Below, one piece after another: positions 33,361 through 42,900 of a stretch of 64,000 bases of DNA (its first letter is position 1; every line of letters starts with the position of its first letter). The translations under genes were made by a program, and so were the position numbers. Where the stretch lies: contig PS015010.1 of NCBI GenBank assembly GCA_048213135.1, forward strand, positions 124,001 through 188,000. The letters run 5' to 3'. Under the pieces are notes generated by a model. The model was not told where the DNA came from, ran no database searches, and was given only the letters and a program-made list of their open reading frames with translations. The DNA comes from Reclinomonas americana ATCC 50394 (taxonomy: Eukaryota).

Positions 33361-34131
33361 ATGAACTTTAATCTTACACAGATCCCTGAACGTAATCATA
33401 AACCCCGCCAGCACGGCATCACCATGGTAATGGACAAAGGGCTCAGCGTTGAGGAAGCCAGGAATTTTATGAGTGTGTCGCATCCGCATGTTGATGTGGT
33501 TAAACTGGGTTTCGGCACTTCTTTCGTTACGCCTAACCTGAGGGAGAAACTGGAAGTGTACCGTTCATACGATATCCCTGTTTATTTCGGGGGCACTTTG
33601 TTTGAAGCATTCCTCATCCGCAACCAGTTTGAAGACTATATCAGCGTATGTAAAGATTACGGAATTAGCTGGATGGAAGTGAGCGACGGCTCCATCACCA
33701 TTCCCCACGCGGAGAAATGCGGTTATATCGAAAAGCTGACCAAGTACGGCACTGTACTCAGTGAGGTAGGCAGTAAAGACGCGACGCATATTATGCCACC
33801 CTATAAATGGATTGAACTGATGCGTGCCGAACTGGAATCAGGCGCCAGTTATGTGATCGCTGAAGCAAGGGAAGCCGGTAACGTAGGTATTTATCGCGGT
33901 TCCGGTGAGGTAAGGGAAGGCCTGGTACAGGAAATACTTACGCAGATACCTGAAGAAAAGATCATCTGGGAAGCGCCCCAAAAATCACAGCAGCTCTACT
34001 TCCTCGAATTGATCGGCTGCAATGTGAACCTGGGCAATATCGCTCCTACGGAAGTCATACCGCTGGAAGCCATGCGTATCGGTCTTCGTGGCGATACCTT
34101 TTTCCTTTATCTCGATAAAAAAGAAGCCTGA
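33361..34131 (+). CDS. comA: Phosphosulfolactate synthase (ComA family)
   Basis: KPR..GITMVMDKG, KLGFGTS, GGTLFE, EVSDG, SEVGSK, EAREAG, WEAP motifs. Confidence 0.9.
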   Translation: MNFNLTQIPERNHKPRQHGITMVMDKGLSVEEARNFMSVSHPHVDVVKLGFGTSFVTPNLREKLEVYRSYDIPVYFGGTLFEAFLIRNQFEDYISVCKDYGISWMEVSDGSITIPHAEKCGYIEKLTKYGTVLSEVGSKDATHIMPPYKWIELMRAELESGASYVIAEAREAGNVGIYRGSGEVREGLVQEILTQIPEEKIIWEAPQKSQQLYFLELIGCNVNLGNIAPTEVIPLEAMRIGLRGDTFFLYLDKKEA

Positions 34132-34862
34132 TGCCATTATACGGGCTGATCGGCTACCCACTGACTCACTCTTTTTCCGCGAAATACTTTACGGAAAAAT
34201 TCAGTGAGCTGGGACTGGCGGATCACCGGTATGAACTCTTTCCCATTCCGGCCATCGGCGAAGTAAAAGCATTGCTGCAAACGCCCGGTCTTCGCGGGCT
34301 GAACGTCACCATCCCTTACAAACAACAGGTGCTGCCTTATCTTGACGATACCAGCAACCTCCCCGCGGGGCTGAATGCCTGTAACTGCATACGCATACAC
34401 AATGGCAAGGCAACAGGTTTCAATACCGATGTTACCGGTTTTGAATTGTCACTGACCACGCAATTGCAACCCATCCACAATAAAGCACTGGTACTGGGTA
34501 ACGGGGGCGCAACCGAGGCGGTAACCTATGTGCTGCGTAAAAAAAATATTGACTACCGGGTAGTGAGCCGCGTGCTCCGCGAAGGTTCAGACATCACTTA
34601 TAATGACCTGGATGCCGCCATGGTGGGCAACCACCCGCTCATCATCAATACTACACCTTTGGGTATGTATCCCAATATTGACACCTGTCCGGCCATCCCG
34701 TATGAAGGGATCACCCGCAGGCATTATCTTTTCGATCTTACCTATAACCCTGCAAAGACCTTATTCCTGCAAAAAGGAGAGGAGCGGGGTGCCGCTGTTA
34801 AGAATGGAGCTGATATGCTGGTGATACAGGCGGAAGAAAGCTGGAAGATATGGAACCGTTAA
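34131..34862 (+). CDS. aroE: Shikimate dehydrogenase
   Basis: GYPLTHSFS, NVTIPYK, NTDV.GF, NTTPLGM, DLTYNP. Confidence 0.93.
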   Translation: MPLYGLIGYPLTHSFSAKYFTEKFSELGLADHRYELFPIPAIGEVKALLQTPGLRGLNVTIPYKQQVLPYLDDTSNLPAGLNACNCIRIHNGKATGFNTDVTGFELSLTTQLQPIHNKALVLGNGGATEAVTYVLRKKNIDYRVVSRVLREGSDITYNDLDAAMVGNHPLIINTTPLGMYPNIDTCPAIPYEGITRRHYLFDLTYNPAKTLFLQKGEERGAAVKNGADMLVIQAEESWKIWNR

Positions 34863-34956
34863 TTTGAAGATGTGGCAATTTGAAAATATGATAACTCCCC
34901 GGAGTTTCCTAAACCGCTAAACTCCAAACTACCAATTACAAAATGTAAATCGTTCA

Positions 34957-35397
34957 TCAAACCAACTTCAACATCTTTTTCAACTCTGCGGGTAACATCG
35001 CCACTTTTTTAGCAGTATAATCATACGCTACCATCGCTGTTTTTGCATTCGCCAGTAATATTGTTTCATTATTCCGGGTAACTGATAACTCATAGTACAG
35101 GTCGAAGTTAACACGGCCGGCATCGGCAACGCCAAGTCTTACCAGGATGGTGTCACCATAAAAGGATTCCTGTTTGAATTCAACCGCCAGGTCGCTCATG
35201 ATCAGCCCTGTTCCGTTGATGTCCAGCTCGGTAAAGCCATTCTCTTTCAGCCATTGCATCCTGGCTTCATGAATGATCCCTACAAAAGCATCGTTGCCTA
35301 CATGGTTGCCGTAGTTGATATCGGTAATGCGTACCCGCACTTCCGTTGAATAGAAAAAGGCCCCTGGCATATTGAGTTTGATGCGGCTCATGATCAT
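34957..35397 (-). CDS. Acyl-CoA thioesterase (hotdog fold)
   Basis: VRITDINYGNHVGN motif. Confidence 0.85.
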   Translation of the reverse strand: MIMSRIKLNMPGAFFYSTEVRVRITDINYGNHVGNDAFVGIIHEARMQWLKENGFTELDINGTGLIMSDLAVEFKQESFYGDTILVRLGVADAGRVNFDLYYELSVTRNNETILLANAKTAMVAYDYTAKKVAMLPAELKKMLKLV

Positions 35398-35972
35398 TGC
35401 TGGTTTAAAAAGAGAATAAGTTGTTCCAGTGCTTTTTTGCGGTGACTGTAGCGGTTCTTGCTGTCCATATCCATTTCCGCGAAAGTGCGGTCGTCGCCAT
35501 CGGGCACAAATACAGGGTCGTATCCAAAACCCGCGCTGCCCCTGCGTTCGCTGACGATAGTGCCGTTGCAGGTACCCTCAAAATAATGTTCTTTATCATC
35601 CAGTACCAGCGAGATCACCGTACGGAAACGGGCCTGCCGGTCGGGCTTGTTTTCCAGTTCGGCCAGCAGTTTATCGATATTGGCTGAAGGATCAGAAGGT
35701 TCACCCGCATACCGGGCACTCTTAACACCCGGGGCGCCGTTCAGTGCGGGCACTTCAAGCCCGGTATCTTCGCTGAAGCAGTCCCTGCCGGTAAGGCGGT
35801 GAATGGTGCCTGATTTTTCAGAAGCATTAGCTTCAAGTGTGTCGTGCGGTTCGGGGATATCAATGTTGATGCCCGCTTCTTCGAGGGTGATAACGGTAAA
35901 CCGGTCGCCCAGGGCAGACCTGATCTCTGCAATTTTATTACGGTTGTTGGTCGCGAATATCAGTGTTGTCAT
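35394..35972 (-). CDS. rdgB: Non-canonical purine NTP pyrophosphatase (RdgB/Ham1)
   Basis: ATNN.NK, EDTGL, PGVKSARYA, GFGYDPVF, SHR. Confidence 0.95.
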   Translation of the reverse strand: MTTLIFATNNRNKIAEIRSALGDRFTVITLEEAGINIDIPEPHDTLEANASEKSGTIHRLTGRDCFSEDTGLEVPALNGAPGVKSARYAGEPSDPSANIDKLLAELENKPDRQARFRTVISLVLDDKEHYFEGTCNGTIVSERRGSAGFGYDPVFVPDGDDRTFAEMDMDSKNRYSHRKKALEQLILFLNQQ

Positions 35973-35973
35973 A

Positions 35974-36471
35974 TCAGCTTAAAAAAATGTTTTTGAGACA
36001 GGCCCAGAGTTTCTTTTTTTCTTCCACGTTTTTCTCCAGTTGATCGAGCGGCGGAGCGGAGAGGTACACCTGTTTGTTATACGACTGTACCTGGTAGTCG
36101 GGGAATTGCAGCGGTAATTCCAAACGGGAAGCAGGAATACCGAAGAGCAGTATCTTTTCGGCCGACAGTTCTGTATGGAGGGTTGTGTAAGTAACAGACG
36201 GGTATTGCTCCAGGTTCAGCAGGGCCACATCGGCCATTGTCAACTGGCAGGCGGAGAGTATGCCCATAAGGAACTGCAGGGAATCGTCGGACAGGTACAG
36301 CGCGCCGGGGTCAGCCACAACAATCACCACCCTCCGGCGGTTCTCGCCCAGGTAGCCTATACCGCCCGTTGCAGCCGTCTTTTCCGGCTTGTCTGTTTTC
36401 AAATCAACCAGTGAATTCTTAAACAAATCCCGGACAACCGTATCGGTCAGTTGAATATTATCTAAACTCAT
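35974..36471 (-). CDS. Hypothetical protein, possibly DNA polymerase III psi (HolD)-like
   Basis: FL.GIL.AC.L...DVALLN and L..LE...EEKKKLW pattern; start reassigned to MSLDNI to avoid overlap with ilvE; function uncertain. Confidence 0.45.
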   Translation of the reverse strand: MSLDNIQLTDTVVRDLFKNSLVDLKTDKPEKTAATGGIGYLGENRRRVVIVVADPGALYLSDDSLQFLMGILSACQLTMADVALLNLEQYPSVTYTTLHTELSAEKILLFGIPASRLELPLQFPDYQVQSYNKQVYLSAPPLDQLEKNVEEKKKLWACLKNIFLS

Positions 36472-36526
36472 AAAACTCCTGTTTAGCCCCTGTTTTTTTT
36501 GTTTCTTTGCAGTAAAATTAACGAAT

Positions 36527-37591
36527 ATGATTGCAGCTGAAATGATTAATATTACGAAAGCCGGGCACAGTAAACTGAACGACATCAACCTGGAAAATAT
36601 TCCTTTCGGGAAATACTTCACCGACCACATGCTGGAAGCGGATTACGAGGACGGAGAGTGGAAAAATATCGAGATCAAACCTTACCAGCCGTTGTTAATG
36701 GCTCCATCCATTGCCGCTATACATTACGGGCAGGCTATATTTGAAGGTATCAAAGCGTACAAGAACGCTGAAGGTGAGGCGTATATCTTCAGGCCGCAGG
36801 ACAATTTCAAACGTTTTAATGTTTCTGCCGAACGCATGCAGATGCCGCAGGTGCCGGAAGATATCTTCATGGAAGGTATGAGGATGCTGATCGACCTGGA
36901 CAAGAACTGGATTCCCGAACAGGCAGATCACTCCCTGTACATCCGCCCGTTTATGTTCAGTTGCGATGAAATGATCGGTGTGCGCCCGGGCGAGAAGTAC
37001 AAATTCATGATCATACTGAGCCCCACAGGTCCGTATTACAGCGCTCCTATGCGGATTTACGTAGAAGAGCATTATGTGCGTGCCGTGCCCGGTGGGGTAG
37101 GCTACGCCAAGGCGGCGGGTAATTATGGCGGTGCCATGTATGCCACAGCGCAGGCCAAACTGAAGGGGTACGACCAGGTACTGTGGACAGACGCGTTTGA
37201 ACATAAATATGTGCAGGAATGCGGTACCATGAACGTGTTCTTCATCATTGGCAATACGGCCATTACACCTGATCTGAATGAAGGCACCATACTGGCCGGG
37301 GTTACCCGCGACAGCACCATCGTATTGCTGAAGGAAATGGGCTTTACCGTGGAAGAACGCCACCTGAGTATCGACGATATTATGGATGCGTATAAGGCCG
37401 GTGTACTGTACGAAGTATTCGGTACCGGAACAGCCGCTACCATCTCGCTGATCAAGGAACTGAGGTACAAAGACTTTGTGATGCAGTTTGATGTGGATAA
37501 ATGGAAAACAGCGCCCGGGTTAAAGAACAGGCTGAATGCGATCCGTTACGGACAAGAGCCTGATAATCATGGCTGGATGTATAAAATTTAA
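36527..37591 (+). CDS. ilvE: Branched-chain amino acid aminotransferase
   Basis: FGKYFTDHM, HYGQAIFEG.KAY, YIRPF, AKAAGNY, ILAGVTR, GTGTAA. Confidence 0.95.
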   Translation: MIAAEMINITKAGHSKLNDINLENIPFGKYFTDHMLEADYEDGEWKNIEIKPYQPLLMAPSIAAIHYGQAIFEGIKAYKNAEGEAYIFRPQDNFKRFNVSAERMQMPQVPEDIFMEGMRMLIDLDKNWIPEQADHSLYIRPFMFSCDEMIGVRPGEKYKFMIILSPTGPYYSAPMRIYVEEHYVRAVPGGVGYAKAAGNYGGAMYATAQAKLKGYDQVLWTDAFEHKYVQECGTMNVFFIIGNTAITPDLNEGTILAGVTRDSTIVLLKEMGFTVEERHLSIDDIMDAYKAGVLYEVFGTGTAATISLIKELRYKDFVMQFDVDKWKTAPGLKNRLNAIRYGQEPDNHGWMYKI

Positions 37592-37604
37592 TGGCAAGTC
37601 ATTT

Positions 37605-37650
37605 AAAAAGGATCGAAATCCACAAAATATCAGGATTTAGATCCTTTTTT
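37605..37650 (+). terminator. Terminator after ilvE
   Basis: AAAAAGGATC.AAATCC...GGATTT.GATCCTTTTTT. Confidence 0.7.
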
Positions 37651-37675
37651 ATTTTGGAATATGATTAACAGGTCA

Positions 37676-37683
37676 TACCTTTG
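37676..37683 (+). promoter_or_regulatory. -7 promoter element for rpsL
   Basis: TACCTTTG with a TTTG-like -33 element upstream. Confidence 0.7.
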
Positions 37684-37707
37684 CCGTCCGAAAAATAAAA
37701 GGTCAAC

Positions 37708-38088
37708 ATGCCTACAATACAACAATTAGTAAGAAAAGGAAGAGAAATTATTAAAGCGAAAAGCAAATCCAGGGCGCTGGATGCTTGTCCGCAACGCCGT
37801 GGTGTTTGCACCAGGGTATATACCACAACCCCTAAAAAGCCGAACTCTGCGCTTCGTAAAGTGGCTAAAGTGCGTTTGACCAACAAGATCGAGGTTATCG
37901 CCTATATCCCGGGTGAAGGTCACAACCTGCAGGAGCACTCCATCGTACTGATCCGTGGCGGAAGGGTAAAAGATCTGCCGGGTGTACGTTACCATATCGT
38001 ACGTGGCAGCCTTGATACTGCCGGTGTAAAAGACCGTAAGCAGAGCCGCAGTAAATACGGAACTAAAAAAGAAAAAGCTAAGAAATAA
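37708..38088 (+). CDS. rpsL: 30S ribosomal protein S12
   Basis: [30 protein letters not shown]. Confidence 0.99.
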   Translation: MPTIQQLVRKGREIIKAKSKSRALDACPQRRGVCTRVYTTTPKKPNSALRKVAKVRLTNKIEVIAYIPGEGHNLQEHSIVLIRGGRVKDLPGVRYHIVRGSLDTAGVKDRKQSRSKYGTKKEKAKK

Positions 38089-38140
38089 AAATTTCGCCGG
38101 TCATGAGGGTTAATCCCCGGCCGACAAAAAATATATAACA

Positions 38141-38608
38141 ATGAGGAAGACACAACCGAAAAAGATCCCTTTAGCACCAGATCCAAAGTTTAACGACAAA
38201 CTGGTTACGCGTTTCGTGAACAACCTGATGTGGGCCGGCAAAAAAAGCGGTGCTTATATCATTTTTTATGACGCGCTGGACAAAGTGGCCAAACAAACTG
38301 GCGAAGACGGTTATGAAGTATGGAAAAAAGCCCTGGCTAACATTACGCCTGGTGTTGAAGTACGCAGCCGTCGTATCGGTGGAGCTACTTTCCAGATCCC
38401 TTCCGAGGTTCGTGCCGACAGGAAGATCTCATTGAGCATTAAATGGATGATCAGGTACAGCCGCGAACGTAATGGTCGCAGCATGGCTGATAAACTGGCC
38501 AACGAAATCGTTGCTGCCAGCAAAGGTGAAGGCGCCTCTTTCAAAAAGAAAGAAGATACCCACCGTATGGCTGAAGCGAACAAAGCTTTCGCTCACTTCA
38601 GGATCTAA
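38141..38608 (+). CDS. rpsG: 30S ribosomal protein S7
   Basis: [28 protein letters not shown]. Confidence 0.99.
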   Translation: MRKTQPKKIPLAPDPKFNDKLVTRFVNNLMWAGKKSGAYIIFYDALDKVAKQTGEDGYEVWKKALANITPGVEVRSRRIGGATFQIPSEVRADRKISLSIKWMIRYSRERNGRSMADKLANEIVAASKGEGASFKKKEDTHRMAEANKAFAHFRI

Positions 38609-38634
38609 TCAACGATTCAACGATCTCTATATAA

Positions 38635-38668
38635 AAAGTCCCCTTCCAAAAGAAGGGGATTTGTTTTT
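38635..38668 (+). terminator. Terminator after rpsG (probably bidirectional)
   Basis: AAGTCCCCTTC-caaaa-GAAGGGGATTT plus T tract. Confidence 0.8.
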
Positions 38669-38684
38669 ACGGGAATGGAAGCCT

Positions 38685-39686
38685 TTACGCGATCGACCGC
38701 AGGAGACTCATCTCACTGGGCAATACGCCGTAATATTTTTTAAATACACGGGAAAAACAGTTGATCTTATTATAACCCAATGTATAAGCTACTTCAGAAA
38801 CCGATTTGTGATCAACACAAATAAGATCCTTACCCACAGCCATCTTCTTCTCCAGGTAATACTGGTAAATACTTTTTTGATATACTGTTTTAAAATGTCT
38901 TTTCAATGTGGCGCTGCTCATATTGAATAAGGAAGCCAGCTCGGCAATATTGGGCATTTGTTTATCGTAATATTCGCTGATCTTTTTTTCGACCGCGGCC
39001 ATTTGCGGATCAATCGGCAGTTGCTGGGGTGTAACGCGGTGGCTCATGATCCTGTCGAGGAAACTGTTGATGAGCTGCAGGCTCATTGTCCGGGCATGCA
39101 GCAGCGGGAAATGGTCTTGGCTCATTTCCATTGATAACCTGGAAGCCAGTTCATGCTGCTCCCGGTTGATCAGTTGCGTGATCACGCTTGGCTGGTAGCG
39201 GCTTTGCAATTGATCCAGCAATAGGGAAACCAGTTCGCTTGCTTCTGTAAAATTGGTCTCCAGCCAGCGTTTGGAAAAGATCATCACCAGGCGGTTGATC
39301 CAGCGGCCGTGCGGGACAATCGCGTGGCGGCTGAAATCGGTGGAATAAAGCATGGCGCTGTTCTCGGAAATACAGGCAGAATTGCCTTTAACACGTGGAA
39401 GAGGAACCGGCGTACAATCCCTGTTGGAAGCAAGTGAAAATACGAGCTTGAACATGGGTTGATCCGATTGGGTATCTGCAAACCATTTATACAGGATGTC
39501 TTCGTAAAGAAATACATGATAAAAACGGAGGCAGCAATCTTCTTCGAGGAATATACTTTTTACAGTTCCGGAGCCGATGGTTTCGGGGAGGTCCACTTTG
39601 TTATTAATCAGTGGCACTTTCAGGTCGAAGGACAGCTGTTGCATGAATTCATGCAACGCATTTGTGGCATAGGTATAGGTTTTCAT
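38685..39686 (-). CDS. AraC-family transcriptional regulator
   Basis: C-terminal double HTH: IAELASLFNMSSATLKRHFK...VSEVAYTLGY....FSRVFKKYYG. Confidence 0.92.
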   Translation of the reverse strand: MKTYTYATNALHEFMQQLSFDLKVPLINNKVDLPETIGSGTVKSIFLEEDCCLRFYHVFLYEDILYKWFADTQSDQPMFKLVFSLASNRDCTPVPLPRVKGNSACISENSAMLYSTDFSRHAIVPHGRWINRLVMIFSKRWLETNFTEASELVSLLLDQLQSRYQPSVITQLINREQHELASRLSMEMSQDHFPLLHARTMSLQLINSFLDRIMSHRVTPQQLPIDPQMAAVEKKISEYYDKQMPNIAELASLFNMSSATLKRHFKTVYQKSIYQYYLEKKMAVGKDLICVDHKSVSEVAYTLGYNKINCFSRVFKKYYGVLPSEMSLLRSIA

Positions 39687-39783
39687 TTTGATCAGATTTA
39701 GGGTCTTCGGATAAGAGATCGGATAAATACACGACTAAGGTATGAGTAAAAATCCTCACATCAAAATTGTTTTTACGCGATTT

Positions 39784-39850
39784 TGATCTGATTGGGGAGT
39801 AGAATGACTGAATTGGGGACCATAACGGCTGTTTAGCGGTTCTATGTTTG
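39784..39850 (+). promoter_or_regulatory. Tandem operator plus -7 promoter of the FG-GAP gene
   Basis: TGA-N5-TTGGGGA at 39784 and 39805 (21-bp period); TATGTTTG at 39843-39850. Confidence 0.6.
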
Positions 39851-39909
39851 TACTGTATTTCTTATTGAACACATAGGAGAACCTTTAATCACCTAATCTC
39901 AACACCATT

Positions 39910-42900
39910 ATGAAAAGACGACTACTCATGTCGTTGGTAGTACTGTATCCATTTCTTAGCTCCAAACCTCAAAATCCACTACCTCCGACTACACCCGCAG
40001 CGTTAAAAACCGACATTATTAAAAAAACTTCCGCTTCCCTGCCCTCTTCAGCAACAGGGGATTGGATGTCGGCTGCGCAGGAGCAAATCGCTGATCTTGA
40101 ATACCATTTTAAACCATTTGACGGTGTTTACGGTGCCGCTAACCGTAAACAAAGGCTGGGTTTTGCAGTTTCCGCAACGGTAATGACCAGCCGGCCCATT
40201 CGTTTTGGTACGCAGCAGGACCAGTCCTGGCAATCGTCCATTACGTTGAAAACCATCGGCAGGGGCGGCAGCAACGGATTTTCCGCCACGCCGCAGGTAT
40301 CTGCCGGTAACAAAAGACTGGCTTATGATTTCGGCGATGTTGTTGTTGAATACCTCAACAGCGAAGCCGGCCTCCGCCAGAATTTTATTGTAAAACAACG
40401 CCCCGAAGGCGACCAGTCCTTACGGGTAAAGCTGTGTATTGAAGGCGACCTGGTTCCGGCCATGAAGAACAATACCCTGCAACTGCTGGCGGGCACAAAA
40501 ACGATCCTGGAATACGACGGACTTAAAGTATGGGATGCCAATGGAAAAATACTTGATGCCCATATGGAACTGTCGGGCGACAGGGACTTACTGTTAATAG
40601 TCAATGATGAACAGGCAACTTACCCGGTTACTATCGATCCCCTTACGCATGCATCGGAATGGGCGACCACCGCGGTAGGTCTTTTACCCGGATTACTTAC
40701 TAACCTGCAGTTACAGGTAGATGCACTGTACGCTTACAGCATCGCCGGCGTAGGCGACGTGAACGGCGATGGTTATGATGACGTGGCCATTGGTGCACCC
40801 GGCACTATTGATGTGATCGCAGGTCCCACCACCGTTGCAGGTGCCGGAGCGGTATTCGTGTATTTCGGCTCAGCAACCGGTTTGTCAACAACACCCCAAA
40901 GAACATTAAGAGCCAGTACAGCCATCACCAATGCGCTTTTTGGTTTCAGTATAGCCGGTGGTAATGTGACCGGCGATTCAAAAAAAGATATTGTTGTAGG
41001 CGCACCCGGCGAGTCGTATTCTACTGCCGTAAGTGGCATACCTTCTACTGCCACTGTTACAGCGGGGAAGGTATACGTGTTCAATGGCAGCGACCTGGCA
41101 GCAGGAACCACCACACCATTGGCTTCCTTATTCCTGAACGGTTCTGCCTTCTTCAGTAATGGCGTTATCGGCGTATTGCTGGCCAACGTGGGCGTTAATG
41201 CCCTGTTTGGTTTCTCCGTAGCTGTTACGGAAGATATGGCCAGCGACGGACTGGGAGAGATCATAGTAGGATCACCCGGATACCAGGGTGTGCAATTACT
41301 CGATGTACGCAGTGGCGCTGCTTTTGTTTACTACTCTTCAAATATCGGTTCCAATACGCCTGTGAAACTAACTGCCCCTACCTTACTCGGCTTCCCTGGC
41401 CTGGTGAATATTGATGGCCTTTTGTTTGGTTTCAGTGTAGATGGCGCCGGCGATTATAATAAAGATACCAGGCCCGATGTTGTAGTGGGTGCTCCGGGAG
41501 GACTTAATCTAGGTTTATCCGGATTTCTGGGTGGTAGCGCCTATGTGTACACTGGAAATGGTGCCGGTGTAAATACTGCTATCACAACACAACTTACAGC
41601 ATCCGGGCCTTTATTGGGTTCGGTGGCCAATCTTTTTGGTTACTGCGTGAGAGGCGTTAAGAATGTAAGTGGCAGCCGCACAGGTAATATCCTGGTAGGC
41701 GCCCCGGTAGGCAGTGTACTCAGCGATGTGCTGGGCGGGCTGCAGTTGAAAACGGGTAACCTGAATGTGTTCCCCGCTAAAGTGAGTCCTGCTGCCAACG
41801 AAGTGCCGGCACAATCCTTCACTTCGCCAAGGGCTTCCAGCCTGCTGGCCATACTAAATCTTCAAACACTGAATGTGAGCGCCATGTTCGGCGCCTCTAT
41901 CGATAATGCATTTGACGCCAATTGCGATGGCATCGCGGATATTATTGTGGGCGAACCTTTGTCAACCGGTGTGGGCCTTATAGGTGCCAACGCGGTAGGA
42001 GGTTCAGCGTTTATATTTACCGGTACTGCCGGCGGTACTTACAATACCACACCCTACTGGTCGCTGGAAAACACCGTTTCCCTCGACCTGGGTATCAATG
42101 CCGGAAGCCTGGTAGGTTTCAGCGTGGCGGGTGTGGGTCATATCCGCGGGCCATTGAAAAGCTCACGCGTACTGGTAGGCGGACCCGGCAAGGCGCTCGA
42201 CTTTGGTACCGGCCTGCTCAACCTGGGCAATACACTGGGTACGCTGTTCAGCTTTACTGCCGGTAACAACGGCCTGGGTAAAGCCTATGCATTTGGCTTC
42301 GGCTGCGACGTGGTAATGAATCCCGATATCAACGTAACCCACATCAATGTACCTGTTAACGGCAACGTCAATACCAACGATGCTTTCCCTGGTGGCATGA
42401 GTTATTCCTATTCCACACCGGTAGCCAACCCCGGCAACCCCGCAGGCGCTACTATCAATATGAACAGCGACGGTACGTATACGTTCACGGCTACTACAGC
42501 AGGTGTATACCTGTATGAAGTGCCTGTATGTATTACCGGGATCGGTTGCACCAATATACAACTGAAAATCACTGTGCTGGATCCGGGCAGTAAACAAAAG
42601 CCCCCGGTAGCCAATACGGATATAGCTGTTACCAACAGCAATACAGCCGTTGTGATCAACAGCCTGTACAACGATGCGTCCGGCAACACCGGCGGTTCAC
42701 TTAACCCCGGCAGTGTAACGGTTACTACTGCGCCTGCGCATGGTACCACTTCTGTCAACAGCCTTACCGGCGCCATCACTTACACGCCGGCTAATGGTTT
42801 TGAAGGAATGGACACACTTACCTATACCGTTTGCGACAACACGCAACCTGTAGCGTTCTGTTCCAATGCGCAACAGATTATTACGGTAAGGCCGCCTGCC

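Noticed and set aside
36472..36630. Apparent head-to-head overlap between the minus-strand ORF and ilvE
   Set aside because: Disappears when the minus-strand start is moved to MSLDNI at 36471
37708..38088. Streptomycin-resistance substitutions in S12
   Set aside because: PKKPNSA and RVKDLPG motifs are wild type
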